Source: Spirochaetia bacterium
GTDB lineage: Bacteria > Spirochaetota > Spirochaetia > UBA9216
Assembly: GCA_963675665.1 (NCBI GenBank)
Contig: OY776510.1
Span: 3,488,001-3,552,000 of the forward strand
Reading direction: 5' to 3'
Length of the DNA: 64,000 bases
Part shown: positions 50,180-60,684 of the stretch, one piece after another
Position numbering within the stretch: the stretch's first letter is position 1
Layout of the letters: the number at the start of each line of letters is the position of its first letter
Made by a program: the position numbers and the translations under genes
The notes under the pieces: generated by a model
What the model was told of the DNA's origin: nothing
The model's database searches: none
The model's input: the letters and a program-made list of their open reading frames with translations, nothing else

Positions 50180-50353
50180 CATTAGTTTGACAGTTGACAT
50201 TAAAATTGATTAAATGTACCATTTCTTCAGGTAAAAATCTAATTCCTGTAAAAACCATTTTATTCCAGCCACACTGATTATTCATATTTTTTTCAATTAT
50301 TCCCCGGCAATTACATTATTATTTTTATCCACTGAAATTTAAATTTTATATCA

Positions 50354-51388
50354 ATGTTGGAGGTTTCAATGAAAAGAACAAAAAATGACGATTCTGCAAA
50401 CATAATGCAATTACTCACTTCGGCCTGGATAACCCAACCTTTATATGTTGTAACAAAATTGGGAATCCCTGATATATTGGCTGAAGAATCGAAATCGCTT
50501 GAAGAGCTTGCCGACAAAACAAATTCATATGCTCCCTTTCTTTACAGAATTATGAGAGCTTTGTCATCAGCAGGCTTTTTTTATGAAAATGAAGATCATG
50601 TTTTTACAGTTAGTTCCATGGGAGAATTGCTGCAAAAAGATAAAATGCAGCCTGTTGTATTAATGTTTCTGTCAGAATGGCATAATAATGCCTGGAATAA
50701 ATTATTACAGAGTGTCCAAACAGGTAAAATCGCATTTGATATTGCATTTGGAAAAAATAGTTTTGAATGGCTGATGGAATATCGTGAGGAAGCGGATATT
50801 TTTAATAAGGCTAACCACATAAAGGCAGTATCAAGCCATACTGAAATAACAGAGGTTTATGATTTTTCCAAAATTAAAACGGTTGCTGATATTGGCGGCG
50901 GTTACGGAGGCCTGTTATTTCATATATTGAATATGAACTCTCATATCAGCGGTATTGTTGCCGATTTAACATATATACAGAAAACTGTACAAAATGAAAT
51001 ACTAAAGAATGAACTTGGTGATCGCTGTTCTTTTATGGAATGTGATTTTTTTGAAAAAGTTCCTGCCGGCAGTGACTGCTATATTCTATCCAATATTCTG
51101 CATGATTGGGATGATAATAGATGTCAGGCAATTATCAGCAATTGTTGTGATGCAATGCACTCAGAATCAAAATTGCTGATAGTTGAATCATTAATCCCGG
51201 CAGGAAATGAGTTTTCTATTGTTAAATTATTGGATCTTGAAGTTCTGGTTATGGGCGGTGGCAAGGAAAGAACAGAATTGGAATTCAGAGATTTATTAAA
51301 TAATACTGATCTAATTCTAAACAGAATAATTCCTACCAAAGAAAATATATCAATATTGGAATGTTCAAGGGATATATTTTCAATATAG
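50354..51388 (+). CDS. O-methyltransferase (dimerisation domain plus Methyltransf_2)
   Basis: DIGGGYG, DFFEKVP, ILHDWDD, GGKERT. Confidence 0.92.
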   Translation: MLEVSMKRTKNDDSANIMQLLTSAWITQPLYVVTKLGIPDILAEESKSLEELADKTNSYAPFLYRIMRALSSAGFFYENEDHVFTVSSMGELLQKDKMQPVVLMFLSEWHNNAWNKLLQSVQTGKIAFDIAFGKNSFEWLMEYREEADIFNKANHIKAVSSHTEITEVYDFSKIKTVADIGGGYGGLLFHILNMNSHISGIVADLTYIQKTVQNEILKNELGDRCSFMECDFFEKVPAGSDCYILSNILHDWDDNRCQAIISNCCDAMHSESKLLIVESLIPAGNEFSIVKLLDLEVLVMGGGKERTELEFRDLLNNTDLILNRIIPTKENISILECSRDIFSI

Positions 51389-51434
51389 GCAAAAAGATTT
51401 GATTGTTTTATTATTAAATTAAGGAGGCTGCGAC

Positions 51435-51821
51435 TTGTTAAACTATGATACTGTAGATGAATATTTGAGTTATCAACCTTTAAAGACTAAAGAGGCCCTG
51501 ATTAACCTGATAAAATGTATAATGGCTGCGGCCCCTGATGCAACCGAATTGATAAACTATAATATTCCTGCATTTGCTTTGATAAAGAATGGAAAAAGAG
51601 ATCAGCAGATTATGATTGCAGGATTTAAAAATCACGTCGGCTTCTATCCTAACCCAACTACAATCGATAAATTCCATGAAAAACTTAAAAACTATAAAAA
51701 AGGAAAAGGATCCATACAATTCCCCATAAACGAACCGATTCCCTGTGAACTGATTATTGAAATGGTAAAATACAGAAGAGAAAGTTTGATGGAAGTAGAA
51801 AAAAGGAGAGATGATACTTAA
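51435..51821 (+). CDS. DUF1801/YdhG-like protein
   Basis: TVDEYL, INYNIPAF, HVGFYP, KGSIQFP. Confidence 0.85.
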   Translation: MLNYDTVDEYLSYQPLKTKEALINLIKCIMAAAPDATELINYNIPAFALIKNGKRDQQIMIAGFKNHVGFYPNPTTIDKFHEKLKNYKKGKGSIQFPINEPIPCELIIEMVKYRRESLMEVEKRRDDT

Positions 51822-52435
51822 TGAAAAAATCAAATTTTACAACAATAGGTTCAAGACCCAATGGTCTGACAGGGGCAATTGCAGGAAAGTTAATGAATAT
51901 TGTTCATTACGGTTTTTATAAAAATATTATTAATAAACATGTAATAACTGCAATTAAATCTACAAACCAGATAACAGTGCTTGATGTCGGTTGTGGAGGA
52001 GGGGTGTCGGTAAAAATTTTCGCAAATTCTCCCGTAATAAAGAAAATATACGGTATTGATTACTCGGATGATATGGTTGAACTTTCAAGAAAATTTAACA
52101 GTAAAGAGATAAGTGATAAAAAAGCTGAAGTTTTAATAGCTGACGTATCAGAATTGCCGTTTAATGAAAACCATTTCGACATTATAACTGCTTTTGACAC
52201 TATAAATTTCTGGCCGAATCATAAACAGGCTATTTCAGAAATATTACGCATTTTAAAGAAAGGCGGGTCTTTCTTTATTATAAATTCTTATCCGAAAGAG
52301 GGAACAAAATGGTACGATTTCGTTAAGTTCAAAGATGAATCTGAATATAAAGAATATCTTAATAATAATGGATTTAATGATGTCAAGGTAGCATTTGAAA
52401 AAAATACTATTATAATTAAGGGTAGAAAACCGTAA
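51821..52435 (+). CDS. Class I SAM methyltransferase
   Basis: LDVGCGGG, GIDYS, LPF..FD, LKKGG. Confidence 0.9.
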   Translation: MKKSNFTTIGSRPNGLTGAIAGKLMNIVHYGFYKNIINKHVITAIKSTNQITVLDVGCGGGVSVKIFANSPVIKKIYGIDYSDDMVELSRKFNSKEISDKKAEVLIADVSELPFNENHFDIITAFDTINFWPNHKQAISEILRILKKGGSFFIINSYPKEGTKWYDFVKFKDESEYKEYLNNNGFNDVKVAFEKNTIIIKGRKP

Positions 52436-52452
52436 AATAATTATGAAAAAAA

Positions 52453-53040
52453 TTGTCAGGAAGGATTATTTTGAATCATAATGATAAAAACAAGCTGACT
52501 CCGGATAAGATTGAGGCTCTTATTGTAACATTAAAAGAACGTTTTGAAAAAAACATGATCAGGCATAATAATATAGAATGGAATGATATACAGCAAAAAC
52601 TAAAAAATAATCCTGAAAAAATATTGTCACTCAATAAAATGGAATCTACAGGCGGTGAACCCGATGTTATTGGTTTTGATGAACAAACCAAAGAATACAT
52701 TTTTTGTGACTGTTCTGCCGAAAGTCCGAAAGACCGAAGAAATATCTGCTATGACCGCGAAGCTCTTGAATCCAGAAAAGAACACAAACCGCATAATAAT
52801 GCAATTGATTTGGCAACTGAAATGGGTATTGATCTTCTAACTGAAGAACAATACCGCGACCTGCAGAAATTGGGAAATTTCGACCTAAAAACATCAAGCT
52901 GGATAAAAACGCCCGACGCTATCAGAAAACTCGGCGGGGCCCTGTTTGCCGATCGAAGATATGATAATGTTTTTATATATCACAACAGCGCACCGTCATA
53001 CTATGGTGTCAGAGGATTCAGAGGAATATTAAAAGTCTGA
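52453..53040 (+). CDS. DUF4256-like protein
   Basis: RFEKNM.RH, MESTGGEPDV, CYDREAL, D.KTSSW, RGFRG.LKV. Confidence 0.82.
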   Translation: MSGRIILNHNDKNKLTPDKIEALIVTLKERFEKNMIRHNNIEWNDIQQKLKNNPEKILSLNKMESTGGEPDVIGFDEQTKEYIFCDCSAESPKDRRNICYDREALESRKEHKPHNNAIDLATEMGIDLLTEEQYRDLQKLGNFDLKTSSWIKTPDAIRKLGGALFADRRYDNVFIYHNSAPSYYGVRGFRGILKV

Positions 53041-53076
53041 AATACTTCAGATACTTATATTTCACAAGGAGGTCAA

Positions 53077-53442
53077 ATGAATTTTTGCTGGGTCACAATT
53101 AACGTACAGGATATCGAAAAATCAACAGCTTTTTACAATGAAATTGTAGGGTTAACTGTAAAAAGGAAGATGAATCCCATGCCCGGGGTTGAAATAGCTT
53201 TTTTAGCATCAGAAGAAGATAAAACTGAAATCGAATTGATAATGAATAAAAAACAGGGTTCTACTTCGTTTGCCGGACTTTCCTTTGGATTTTATGTTAA
53301 GTCGTTGGATGAAACTATAAAAAGACTTAATATGAAGGGAGTGACTGAAATTGAAAGACCTTTTCAACCGATACCGGCAATGAAATTTATTTTCATTAAA
53401 GATCCTGACGGTGCAAAGGTACAGTTTATAGAAAAACTGTAA
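53077..53442 (+). CDS. VOC/lactoylglutathione-lyase-like protein
   Basis: V.DIEKS..FY..IVGL, EIELI, KDPDG. Confidence 0.88.
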   Translation: MNFCWVTINVQDIEKSTAFYNEIVGLTVKRKMNPMPGVEIAFLASEEDKTEIELIMNKKQGSTSFAGLSFGFYVKSLDETIKRLNMKGVTEIERPFQPIPAMKFIFIKDPDGAKVQFIEKL

Positions 53443-53466
53443 ATTCGGTATGAAACAGCCTGTTTA

Positions 53467-53862
53467 TTATTCAGTAAGAGCGTCGTAAATTGCATTCTGT
53501 ATAGCAAGGCTGCTGTAAGTAGCCCCTGTAATTGCATCAAGATCAATGCGCTGTTCATTAATGACAGCAGGAATAAGTTTCTCTGCATCAGCTCCCTGGC
53601 CGTTTCGGTGTTTGAGAATTCTGATATCTCTTATTTCATGATCTTTTACATCAACCTCAAGCACGACCTGAATAATTCCCGCATTTGTTTTTCCTTTATA
53701 AGTTCCGTTGTCAACCCGGCTCAATTCAACCGGTTTAATATCAACATCGGCAATAAATTTTTCGAGATTTCTGACCATCCCTGATATTATTATCCCGCCG
53801 ATTATTACGATTAAAATTATTACCGCTATTACAATAATTATAACTTTAATTGCCTTTTTCAT
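53467..53862 (-). CDS. Membrane-anchored FMN-binding protein
   Basis: N-terminal TM, NGTYKG, DAITGATYSS flavinylation motif. Confidence 0.88.
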   Translation of the reverse strand: MKKAIKVIIIVIAVIILIVIIGGIIISGMVRNLEKFIADVDIKPVELSRVDNGTYKGKTNAGIIQVVLEVDVKDHEIRDIRILKHRNGQGADAEKLIPAVINEQRIDLDAITGATYSSLAIQNAIYDALTE

Positions 53863-53949
53863 TGTTCTGTATCCTTTTCAAAGTCTTATATTACACTATA
53901 AATAAGGAAAATTGTCTTCTTTAGTGCTATATTTTTTTTGGAGGACGAT

Positions 53950-54433
53950 CATGAAATTAAAAATATTTATTTTAACCCTTTTTTTTATTGCGACAATCAT
54001 ATCTACTTCCTGTGTCGACGGTCAATATGATCCGGAAAAGCGATGGGAGCTGAATTGCCAGGAAATTGACGGTTGCGAGGAGAACGACAGTTTTGATGCA
54101 GCCTATGATGTCAGCTCAGATCTTGAATTGCTGTACCTGAATTTCTTTGATGATATTATTGATTACTATATTGTTTATTTCAGCAGCGATTCTACCTATC
54201 AGATACTGGCCGATGTGCCGTTTGATCATCTTTCCGACACTGTTGTAGCTGTTTACGCTGCAAATCATGATATTTTGAAACAATCCTCGGAACCGGATGA
54301 TGAACGTGATTCACTAATAACAGGTTTTTCTCCACCTCAAAGCGGTAATTACTATGTTGGAGTATTTAATACCTTCAGTTCAGGCACCGGTGAATTACGC
54401 GGATACAGCCTGCTTATAGAGGAAGAGGAGTAG
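53950..54433 (+). CDS. Lipoprotein with PPC-like domain
   Basis: MKLK..ISTSC lipobox, E.ND, DYY, SGNYYV; GAGGA RBS. Confidence 0.7.
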
Positions 54434-54605
54434 AGATTTAATCAGTTCCGTTAAATATCAGTATAGAAAAACAAATGGAAATACGTCATAATAGTATAAC
54501 TGAAATATTTCAAATACTTTATACCAAGCTATTTTTTCTTTCAGTCATGGAATAATCAAAAATATATTATTCCTGATATCTTTTTAATTTTCCAAGGGGA
54601 ACAGG

Positions 54606-54980
54606 ATGAATTATCATGACGATAGAATCAAAAAAGAGCTTGTAATGAAAGAAGAACAGCTGCTTGAAAATAAAATCAGGAACAATGCAGATAAACTTGC
54701 CGAACTGATTGATGATAATTGCATAGATTTTTCAGCAGCCGGCAAGCAGCATAAATATAAATCAGGTGATTTATTCGGGGAGATTAGCGGCGTATCTTAT
54801 ATTGACAGCAATTCAATAGAATTAGTTGATATTGCTGATAACTGTAAACTTCTTTTGTATATTGCGGCAAAAGTCAATAACAATACCAGAATAAAATCAA
54901 ACTGCAGTTCAATATGGAAACGAAAAGAAGAACAATGGAAAATAATCTTTCATCAGGAAACAATATCAACTGCGAAATAA
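54606..54980 (+). CDS. DUF4440/NTF2-like protein
   Basis: EEQLL...R, SSIWK...WKIIFHQ.T. Confidence 0.82.
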   Translation: MNYHDDRIKKELVMKEEQLLENKIRNNADKLAELIDDNCIDFSAAGKQHKYKSGDLFGEISGVSYIDSNSIELVDIADNCKLLLYIAAKVNNNTRIKSNCSSIWKRKEEQWKIIFHQETISTAK

Positions 54981-55059
54981 TTCCGTCGAATCTTTATTTC
55001 CGACGCTGCTTTAAACTGATTATTCAGACAAACAAGCAGTTTCATGCTAACATATCACC

Positions 55060-57378
55060 ATGCTCAGTGAACTGATTAAAACCATAAAAGATGATCCTGA
55101 TTTTAAACGGAATGTTACCCATTGGGAAACGCTACCTGCACGCGAAGGGGTTTATGCGGATTTTCCCTCTGATGTCCAGCCTGTTCTAAAGGTTATCTAC
55201 AACAACCGCGGAATCGGCAAACTTTACTCGCATCAACGCGAATGCTATGATCATATATCCGCCGGTAAACATACAGTGGTAGTTACTCCGACAGCTTCTG
55301 GAAAAACACTATGCTATAACCTGCCTGTACTTAATAATCTTCTGCAAAATAATGAGTCGCGCGCTTTATACCTGTTTCCTACTAAAGCTCTTTCACAGGA
55401 CCAGCAGGCTGAGCTTAACCAGGTAATTGAATCGGCAGATCTGCCTGTCAGAACTGTAACTTACGATGGCGATACTCCTGCATCAATCCGGGTATCTGCA
55501 AGAGATGGTGGAAGAATAATTATAACAAATCCGGATATGCTGCATACCGGCATACTGCCTAATCATCCTAAATGGATTAAGTTTCTCAGTAATATAAAAT
55601 ATATTGTCATTGATGAAGTTCATATTTACCGCGGGGTGTTCGGTTCCCATGTAACAAACGTTATCAGAAGACTTAAAAGGATATGCAGGTTTTACGGTTC
55701 CGATCCGCAGTTTATATGCTGTTCGGCAACAATAGGAAATCCCAAAGAGCTTGCTGAAAATATTATAGAAACTTCAGTTGAACTTGTGGATAACAACGGT
55801 GCCCCATCGGGTGAAAAACACTTTGTTTTGTATAACCCACCATTGGTAGATCCGGTTCAGGGAATAAGACGCGGCGTAGTTCTTGAATCACAGAACCTCG
55901 CGCTTAAATTTCTGCGAAACGGCATAAAAACCATTGTTTTCTGCCGCTCTAGAATACGAACAGAACTTATTTCTTCCTATATTAACAATCGCCTGTCAAA
56001 TATTTTTACCGACAACAGCAGGATAAGGGTTGAAGCGTACCGGGGCGGTTATCTTCCAGGCGAACGCAGAGAAATTGAACGCGGTATGCGTGACGGAAGC
56101 ATTCAGGGTATTGTTTCTACTAACGCCCTTGAACTGGGAATAGATATCGGCGGACTTGACGCATCGATTATGGCCGGTTTTCCGGGTAGCATTTCTTCTT
56201 CGTGGCAGCAGGCAGGCAGGGCTGGACGGAGAACAACAGAGTCCCTTTCCGTTTTAATTGCATCAGCTTCCCCTGTTGACCAATATGTTATTGAAAATCC
56301 GCAATATTTTTTCGAAAAAAACCCGGAATCAGCGCTTATTGATCCTGATAATATTTACATACTGCTTGACCATCTTAAATGCGCTGTTTTTGAATTGCCT
56401 TTTGAACTTGATGAATTTTTCGGAAAACAATCGAAAGAAATGCTTATGTACCTTGAGGAAGAAGGTGTTGTCAGGCTTACAGGCGATAAATACTACTGGT
56501 CCGACAGAGGCTATCCTGCCGAGAGTATCTCTCTTCGAAGCGCAACCAGTGAAAACGTTGTCATTATAGATGAAACAGGCGGAAAGAATACGGTTATCGG
56601 CGAGATGGATCGACCTTCAGCAAAAGAAATGCTTTTCGATCAGGCTGTTTATATCCATCGCGGCGAACAATATAATGTTCGCAAACTTGATATTGAAAAC
56701 AAAAAGTGTTACGTAACCCAGTCTAAACTGAATTATTATACCGATGCCGTGGTAAAAACAGATATCAAGGTTCTTGAAATAGACAAGAGAACCGTTGTTT
56801 CCGGTTGCGAAATAGCTGAGGGAGATGTCCTGGTCAGAAAACATGCTGCAAAATTTAAAAAAATTAAATATATGAGTCATGAAAACGTAGGCTTCGGAGA
56901 GATATATCTCCCTGAAGAAGAGATGCACACAAGAAGCGCAGTTTTTATTTTTTCGGCTGGAAGCTCTGCCGCTTCCGCATTTGAAAAAATTCCTGAAGAA
57001 CTTAAAGAGCATGTGATAGGACGTATCGGCAGTCTTATTAAAAATGTCTCTCCGGTATTCCTGCTTTGTGATCCCCATGATATCGGCGTTGCAGAGCGCC
57101 TTCGTGATCCTCATTTCAGCGTACCCAGTATATATATCTATGACAATTACCCCGGCGGCACCGGTTTGTCTGAAGGAATAACATCAAGGTCTTCAGAAAT
57201 ATTGAACGCTGCATTTGAGAGAATTATCAGTTGTCAATGTGAATCGGGATGTCCGTCATGCATCGGACCCGATGACGAAAAATCCGTCACGAACAACAAG
57301 AAAGATCAGATTATATTTTTCTTTCGGGAATGGATTGGCTCCCTGAATGACACTGTAAACAAGACCGGAGCATTTTAA
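55060..57378 (+). CDS. DEAD/DEAH helicase with DUF1998 (MrfA/YprA-like)
   Basis: TASGKT, DEVH, TNALELGIDIG, QQAGRAGR, YD..PGGTG, C.CESGCPSC. Confidence 0.93.
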   Translation: MLSELIKTIKDDPDFKRNVTHWETLPAREGVYADFPSDVQPVLKVIYNNRGIGKLYSHQRECYDHISAGKHTVVVTPTASGKTLCYNLPVLNNLLQNNESRALYLFPTKALSQDQQAELNQVIESADLPVRTVTYDGDTPASIRVSARDGGRIIITNPDMLHTGILPNHPKWIKFLSNIKYIVIDEVHIYRGVFGSHVTNVIRRLKRICRFYGSDPQFICCSATIGNPKELAENIIETSVELVDNNGAPSGEKHFVLYNPPLVDPVQGIRRGVVLESQNLALKFLRNGIKTIVFCRSRIRTELISSYINNRLSNIFTDNSRIRVEAYRGGYLPGERREIERGMRDGSIQGIVSTNALELGIDIGGLDASIMAGFPGSISSSWQQAGRAGRRTTESLSVLIASASPVDQYVIENPQYFFEKNPESALIDPDNIYILLDHLKCAVFELPFELDEFFGKQSKEMLMYLEEEGVVRLTGDKYYWSDRGYPAESISLRSATSENVVIIDETGGKNTVIGEMDRPSAKEMLFDQAVYIHRGEQYNVRKLDIENKKCYVTQSKLNYYTDAVVKTDIKVLEIDKRTVVSGCEIAEGDVLVRKHAAKFKKIKYMSHENVGFGEIYLPEEEMHTRSAVFIFSAGSSAASAFEKIPEELKEHVIGRIGSLIKNVSPVFLLCDPHDIGVAERLRDPHFSVPSIYIYDNYPGGTGLSEGITSRSSEILNAAFERIISCQCESGCPSCIGPDDEKSVTNNKKDQIIFFFREWIGSLNDTVNKTGAF

Positions 57379-57397
57379 TTTCGGAGCTTATGCAAAA

Positions 57398-58549
57398 ATG
57401 GAACCTGGGGATCTTCGAAGCAGAATAGACTCTCTGAAAAAAAATAATATTACTGAACAGAAGAAATCAGTAAACGTCGGTAATGTTCTTGTTGAAAACG
57501 GATGGAATCGTATTGCAGATATGGTATACGAAAAGGTTAGTGTGAAGAAAAATATACTACCTGATGTAATTTCTGAAGTTCTGCTTGATAAAAATACTGC
57601 CTCCGGAACCTCACACCCAACTTCACGGTTTGTTTTTTACGATACCGAAACTACAGGATTATCAGCGGGAGCCGGAAATATTGTTTTTCTTGCAGGTTTC
57701 GGCGAGAAACTTCCAGGTTCGGATTATTTCCAGATAACCCAGCTTTTTCTTTCAGATTTTCCTGGCGAACCTTCTTTTCTGGAAAGAGTAAAAGATTTTC
57801 TAAAACACGATCATATTTATGTATCTTACAACGGAAAATCATTTGATTCTAATGTACTTAGAACAAGATTTACCATGAACCGCATTAAAGCTGATTCAGG
57901 TTTTCAGCTTGATTTGCTGTATCCCTGCCGGCGACTATGGAAAAATATTATAGGAAGTTGCTCACTTCGCGATATTGAACGCAAAGTACTGGACAAACAT
58001 AGAGAACTTGATGTACCGGGTTATATGGTACCAGATCTGTATTTTGAATTTATCCGTAACGGTCGCTGGAAAACAGTTGAAGCGGTCATGGCACACCATC
58101 TTGAAGATATAAATAGCCTTGCCGAACTGCTTACAGTTCAGGAACAGCTTTTTTCAGAAGCAGGTCAGCCCTCGGATTTTTATGATCCACTGGGGCTGTC
58201 CTCAATTCTAATGGAAAAAAAACCTGAAAGCGCGGCGGAGGTATTAAAGACTGCTTTTAAAAGCGGAAACAGCAGGGCCGGAATTGAATTGGGGTTTTAT
58301 TATAAACGTAACAATCAGCTTAAAGACGCGGAAAATATCTGGATAAGTTTATGGGAACAGGGACAAAGTATTTCAGCCGGAATTGAGCTAGCCAAATATT
58401 ATGAACACCATCTGCATAATTTTGATGCAGCATCAAAAATAACACTTGAAATGCTGAACCTGGAAAGATTCAAGGTAATTCCTTATAAAGATAATCTTGA
58501 AAAGAGGAAGAAACGGCTTGAAATAAAAATAAAGCAGAACAGGGTATAA
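57398..58549 (+). CDS. RNase H-like exonuclease with TPR tail (MrfB/YprB-like)
   Basis: YDTETTGL, SYNGKSFD, DLL...RRLW, H..ED, ELAKYYEH. Confidence 0.9.
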   Translation: MEPGDLRSRIDSLKKNNITEQKKSVNVGNVLVENGWNRIADMVYEKVSVKKNILPDVISEVLLDKNTASGTSHPTSRFVFYDTETTGLSAGAGNIVFLAGFGEKLPGSDYFQITQLFLSDFPGEPSFLERVKDFLKHDHIYVSYNGKSFDSNVLRTRFTMNRIKADSGFQLDLLYPCRRLWKNIIGSCSLRDIERKVLDKHRELDVPGYMVPDLYFEFIRNGRWKTVEAVMAHHLEDINSLAELLTVQEQLFSEAGQPSDFYDPLGLSSILMEKKPESAAEVLKTAFKSGNSRAGIELGFYYKRNNQLKDAENIWISLWEQGQSISAGIELAKYYEHHLHNFDAASKITLEMLNLERFKVIPYKDNLEKRKKRLEIKIKQNRV

Positions 58550-58551
58550 AA

Positions 58552-59280
58552 ATGATTGAATTAAAAAAAATTCAGCTTACATTAGGCGGTAAAAAAGTAT
58601 TAGCTGATATCAATGCAAAAGCGTCAGCAGGTGAACTCACTTTATTATCAGGCGATAACGGAACCGGCAAAACTTCATTATTTAACCTGATTGCAGGCAT
58701 ACTGAAGCCTGATTCCGGTGAATTATATTATAAATCAGAATTCCTTGACTGTGAAACAGCTGCTTTCAGCAACCTCCTGAGTTTTATACAGGACGACGGA
58801 GGCACGATTCCTCTTCTTACGGTTGAAGAACAACTGCAACTTCAGTGTTATTTAAATAATCTGAATAAGATTGAAACTGTCGCAAGAGTAAATGAAATTA
58901 TAATGAATCTCGACCTTGAAAGTCATCGAAATTACAGGGCGGAAGAATTATCTGCAGGAGTGCGAAAAAAACTGGGCATTGCTATTGGTATGATCTGTAA
59001 TTCGGAAATTTTCCTGTTGGATGAGCCTTTTGCCTCGCTTGATATTAAAGCATCATTAAAATTACTGAATATCCTTAAAATACTTAAAAAAAGGGGACGT
59101 ATTGTAATAGTTACCACTCATTCGCCCGATATTCTGTCGAAAATAATTGATCGCATCTGGCTTCTTTCCGATGGAATAATTCAGGAAGAAACCGACCGTG
59201 ATAAAATCAAAAATATTCTCAGTATTAAACCTGATAATCAGGAGCATAATTCGGATAAACAATTATCATGGATAAAATGA
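58552..59280 (+). CDS. ABC transporter ATP-binding protein
   Basis: GDNGTGKT, LSAG, LLDEP, TTH. Confidence 0.9.
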   Translation: MIELKKIQLTLGGKKVLADINAKASAGELTLLSGDNGTGKTSLFNLIAGILKPDSGELYYKSEFLDCETAAFSNLLSFIQDDGGTIPLLTVEEQLQLQCYLNNLNKIETVARVNEIIMNLDLESHRNYRAEELSAGVRKKLGIAIGMICNSEIFLLDEPFASLDIKASLKLLNILKILKKRGRIVIVTTHSPDILSKIIDRIWLLSDGIIQEETDRDKIKNILSIKPDNQEHNSDKQLSWIK

Positions 59281-60338
59281 AAGAAATATCAAAACTGCTC
59301 TATACAAGAAGCCTGCATAGAATGTTCGGAAATCCGACTGTAGGAACCCTTACCGGTTTTCTGACAATGATTTATATTATCAGGGCTTCTGTAAACCTGT
59401 ATTTTGTGAATCTGATTTCCGGCGGTGACGCCTGTATGGAATCCGGTCAGATAGCTGCCGGATGGTTTCTTTATTTAGGCACATATTTTATTATCTGCAG
59501 CAGTCTTTCAGCCTTTCATATCAGTTTTGCTCTTCCAAAACGATGCTTTATCTGTTTAACACCAGAAGGAAAACGATTCAGATCCGGTTTTTTAAAACAT
59601 GCAGCCTTTATACGCCCTATGAATCTGGTTGTTGCTGTTTTGGCCGTAGCAGGATTATTTATATTCTGCGGGTTGAAACCAGGGTTTAAAATAATTTTAA
59701 CCGGTATACTTATTCTTACAGTATCTGTGGTCATATCATTTTTTATTTTCAGATTAACTGAAATTATGGATATCGGCATGATGGAAGTACAGTTTATTGA
59801 AGCAGTAATGCTGTCTTTACTGGTACTGATTAACCCTGATGTAATAAATTCAGGCGGAATTGTTAGATTCCTGATCTTTGGAAAATTTATTCCGTTTAAT
59901 TCGGCGGCTATAATAATTTTAAGTTTTATTTTTGTTACTTTTATAACAATCACTCTACTGATACTTACAAAAATTATCAGCATTTTAAATGCAAAATTCC
60001 ATGATTTAAAATTACATACCGGTCCGCTTGAAAGCTGGCATCTTCATTTCTTTAAAATTACGTACTGGCTTGTTCTTTACCTGTTTATTTTCTCTGTACT
60101 GCTTTCCGATTTTGTTTCAGCCTCTGTCAAACAAAAAATTACTGCGGGGTTTTTAATTTTTAACCTGATTTCATATATTGTCTTTATTATTCATTGTGAA
60201 AACGTTATTAGAACAAAATTCAGAAAAAAACTGCTCACAGGAGAACATATACTTCTTACTGCAAGCACGTTTTTATCACATATTTTAATGACATTTATAC
60301 CGGTTTTAACCGTATCTATTATAAAAACTTTCAGTTGA
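59268..60338 (+). CDS. Polytopic membrane protein (probable ABC permease)
   Basis: Many hydrophobic segments; overlaps the ATPase stop. Confidence 0.7.
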   Translation: MDKMKEISKLLYTRSLHRMFGNPTVGTLTGFLTMIYIIRASVNLYFVNLISGGDACMESGQIAAGWFLYLGTYFIICSSLSAFHISFALPKRCFICLTPEGKRFRSGFLKHAAFIRPMNLVVAVLAVAGLFIFCGLKPGFKIILTGILILTVSVVISFFIFRLTEIMDIGMMEVQFIEAVMLSLLVLINPDVINSGGIVRFLIFGKFIPFNSAAIIILSFIFVTFITITLLILTKIISILNAKFHDLKLHTGPLESWHLHFFKITYWLVLYLFIFSVLLSDFVSASVKQKITAGFLIFNLISYIVFIIHCENVIRTKFRKKLLTGEHILLTASTFLSHILMTFIPVLTVSIIKTFS

Positions 60339-60355
60339 TACAGACTCTTCCGGTT

Positions 60356-60550
60356 TTATTCTCCAAGTTTGTCTATATCTATTTTTTTAACATCTATTAC
60401 TGTTTTATCTGCCTGGTTTTCTTCTTTCTGCTCGACCGAACAGGTGCTTTTCGGACTCATTCAAGTATGAACCCCGAACTTTGGAAGAACCCATCTTTGC
60501 AGAACAACCCATCCCGCAATAAACAAAATCATCAATACTGTGTCATTCAT
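60356..60550 (-). CDS. Candidate small membrane selenoprotein (64 aa, UGA at codon 30)
   Basis: GAGGT RBS; MNDTVLMILFIAGWVVLQRWVLPKFGVHT-UGA-MSPKSTCSVEQKEE...; frame stays open 34 codons; SECIS-like hairpin follows. Confidence 0.62.
60428..60443 (-). promoter_or_regulatory. Bacterial SECIS-like hairpin
   Basis: CUGUUC-GGUC-GAGCAG; apical loop begins 23 nt after the UGA. Confidence 0.55.
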
Positions 60551-60684
60551 GGTGTTACCTCTATATTAGATTAGCTTTATATTGCATTTTGGTCAATATA
60601 TCTGATTATTTTACTCAAATGTATTTCACTTATAATTTTATAGGTATTATCTTATATACAGACATTAAAAAATAAGGAGTTAAT

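Noticed and set aside
55060-58549. DUF1998 helicase as DISARM DrmB or a new defence system
   Set aside because: Its pairing with a YprB-like exonuclease fits the known MrfAB repair module; no drmA or methylase is nearby.
60335-60574. 79-aa + strand ORF in the track
   Set aside because: No RBS or motif; better explained as the shadow of the minus-strand UGA-containing gene.
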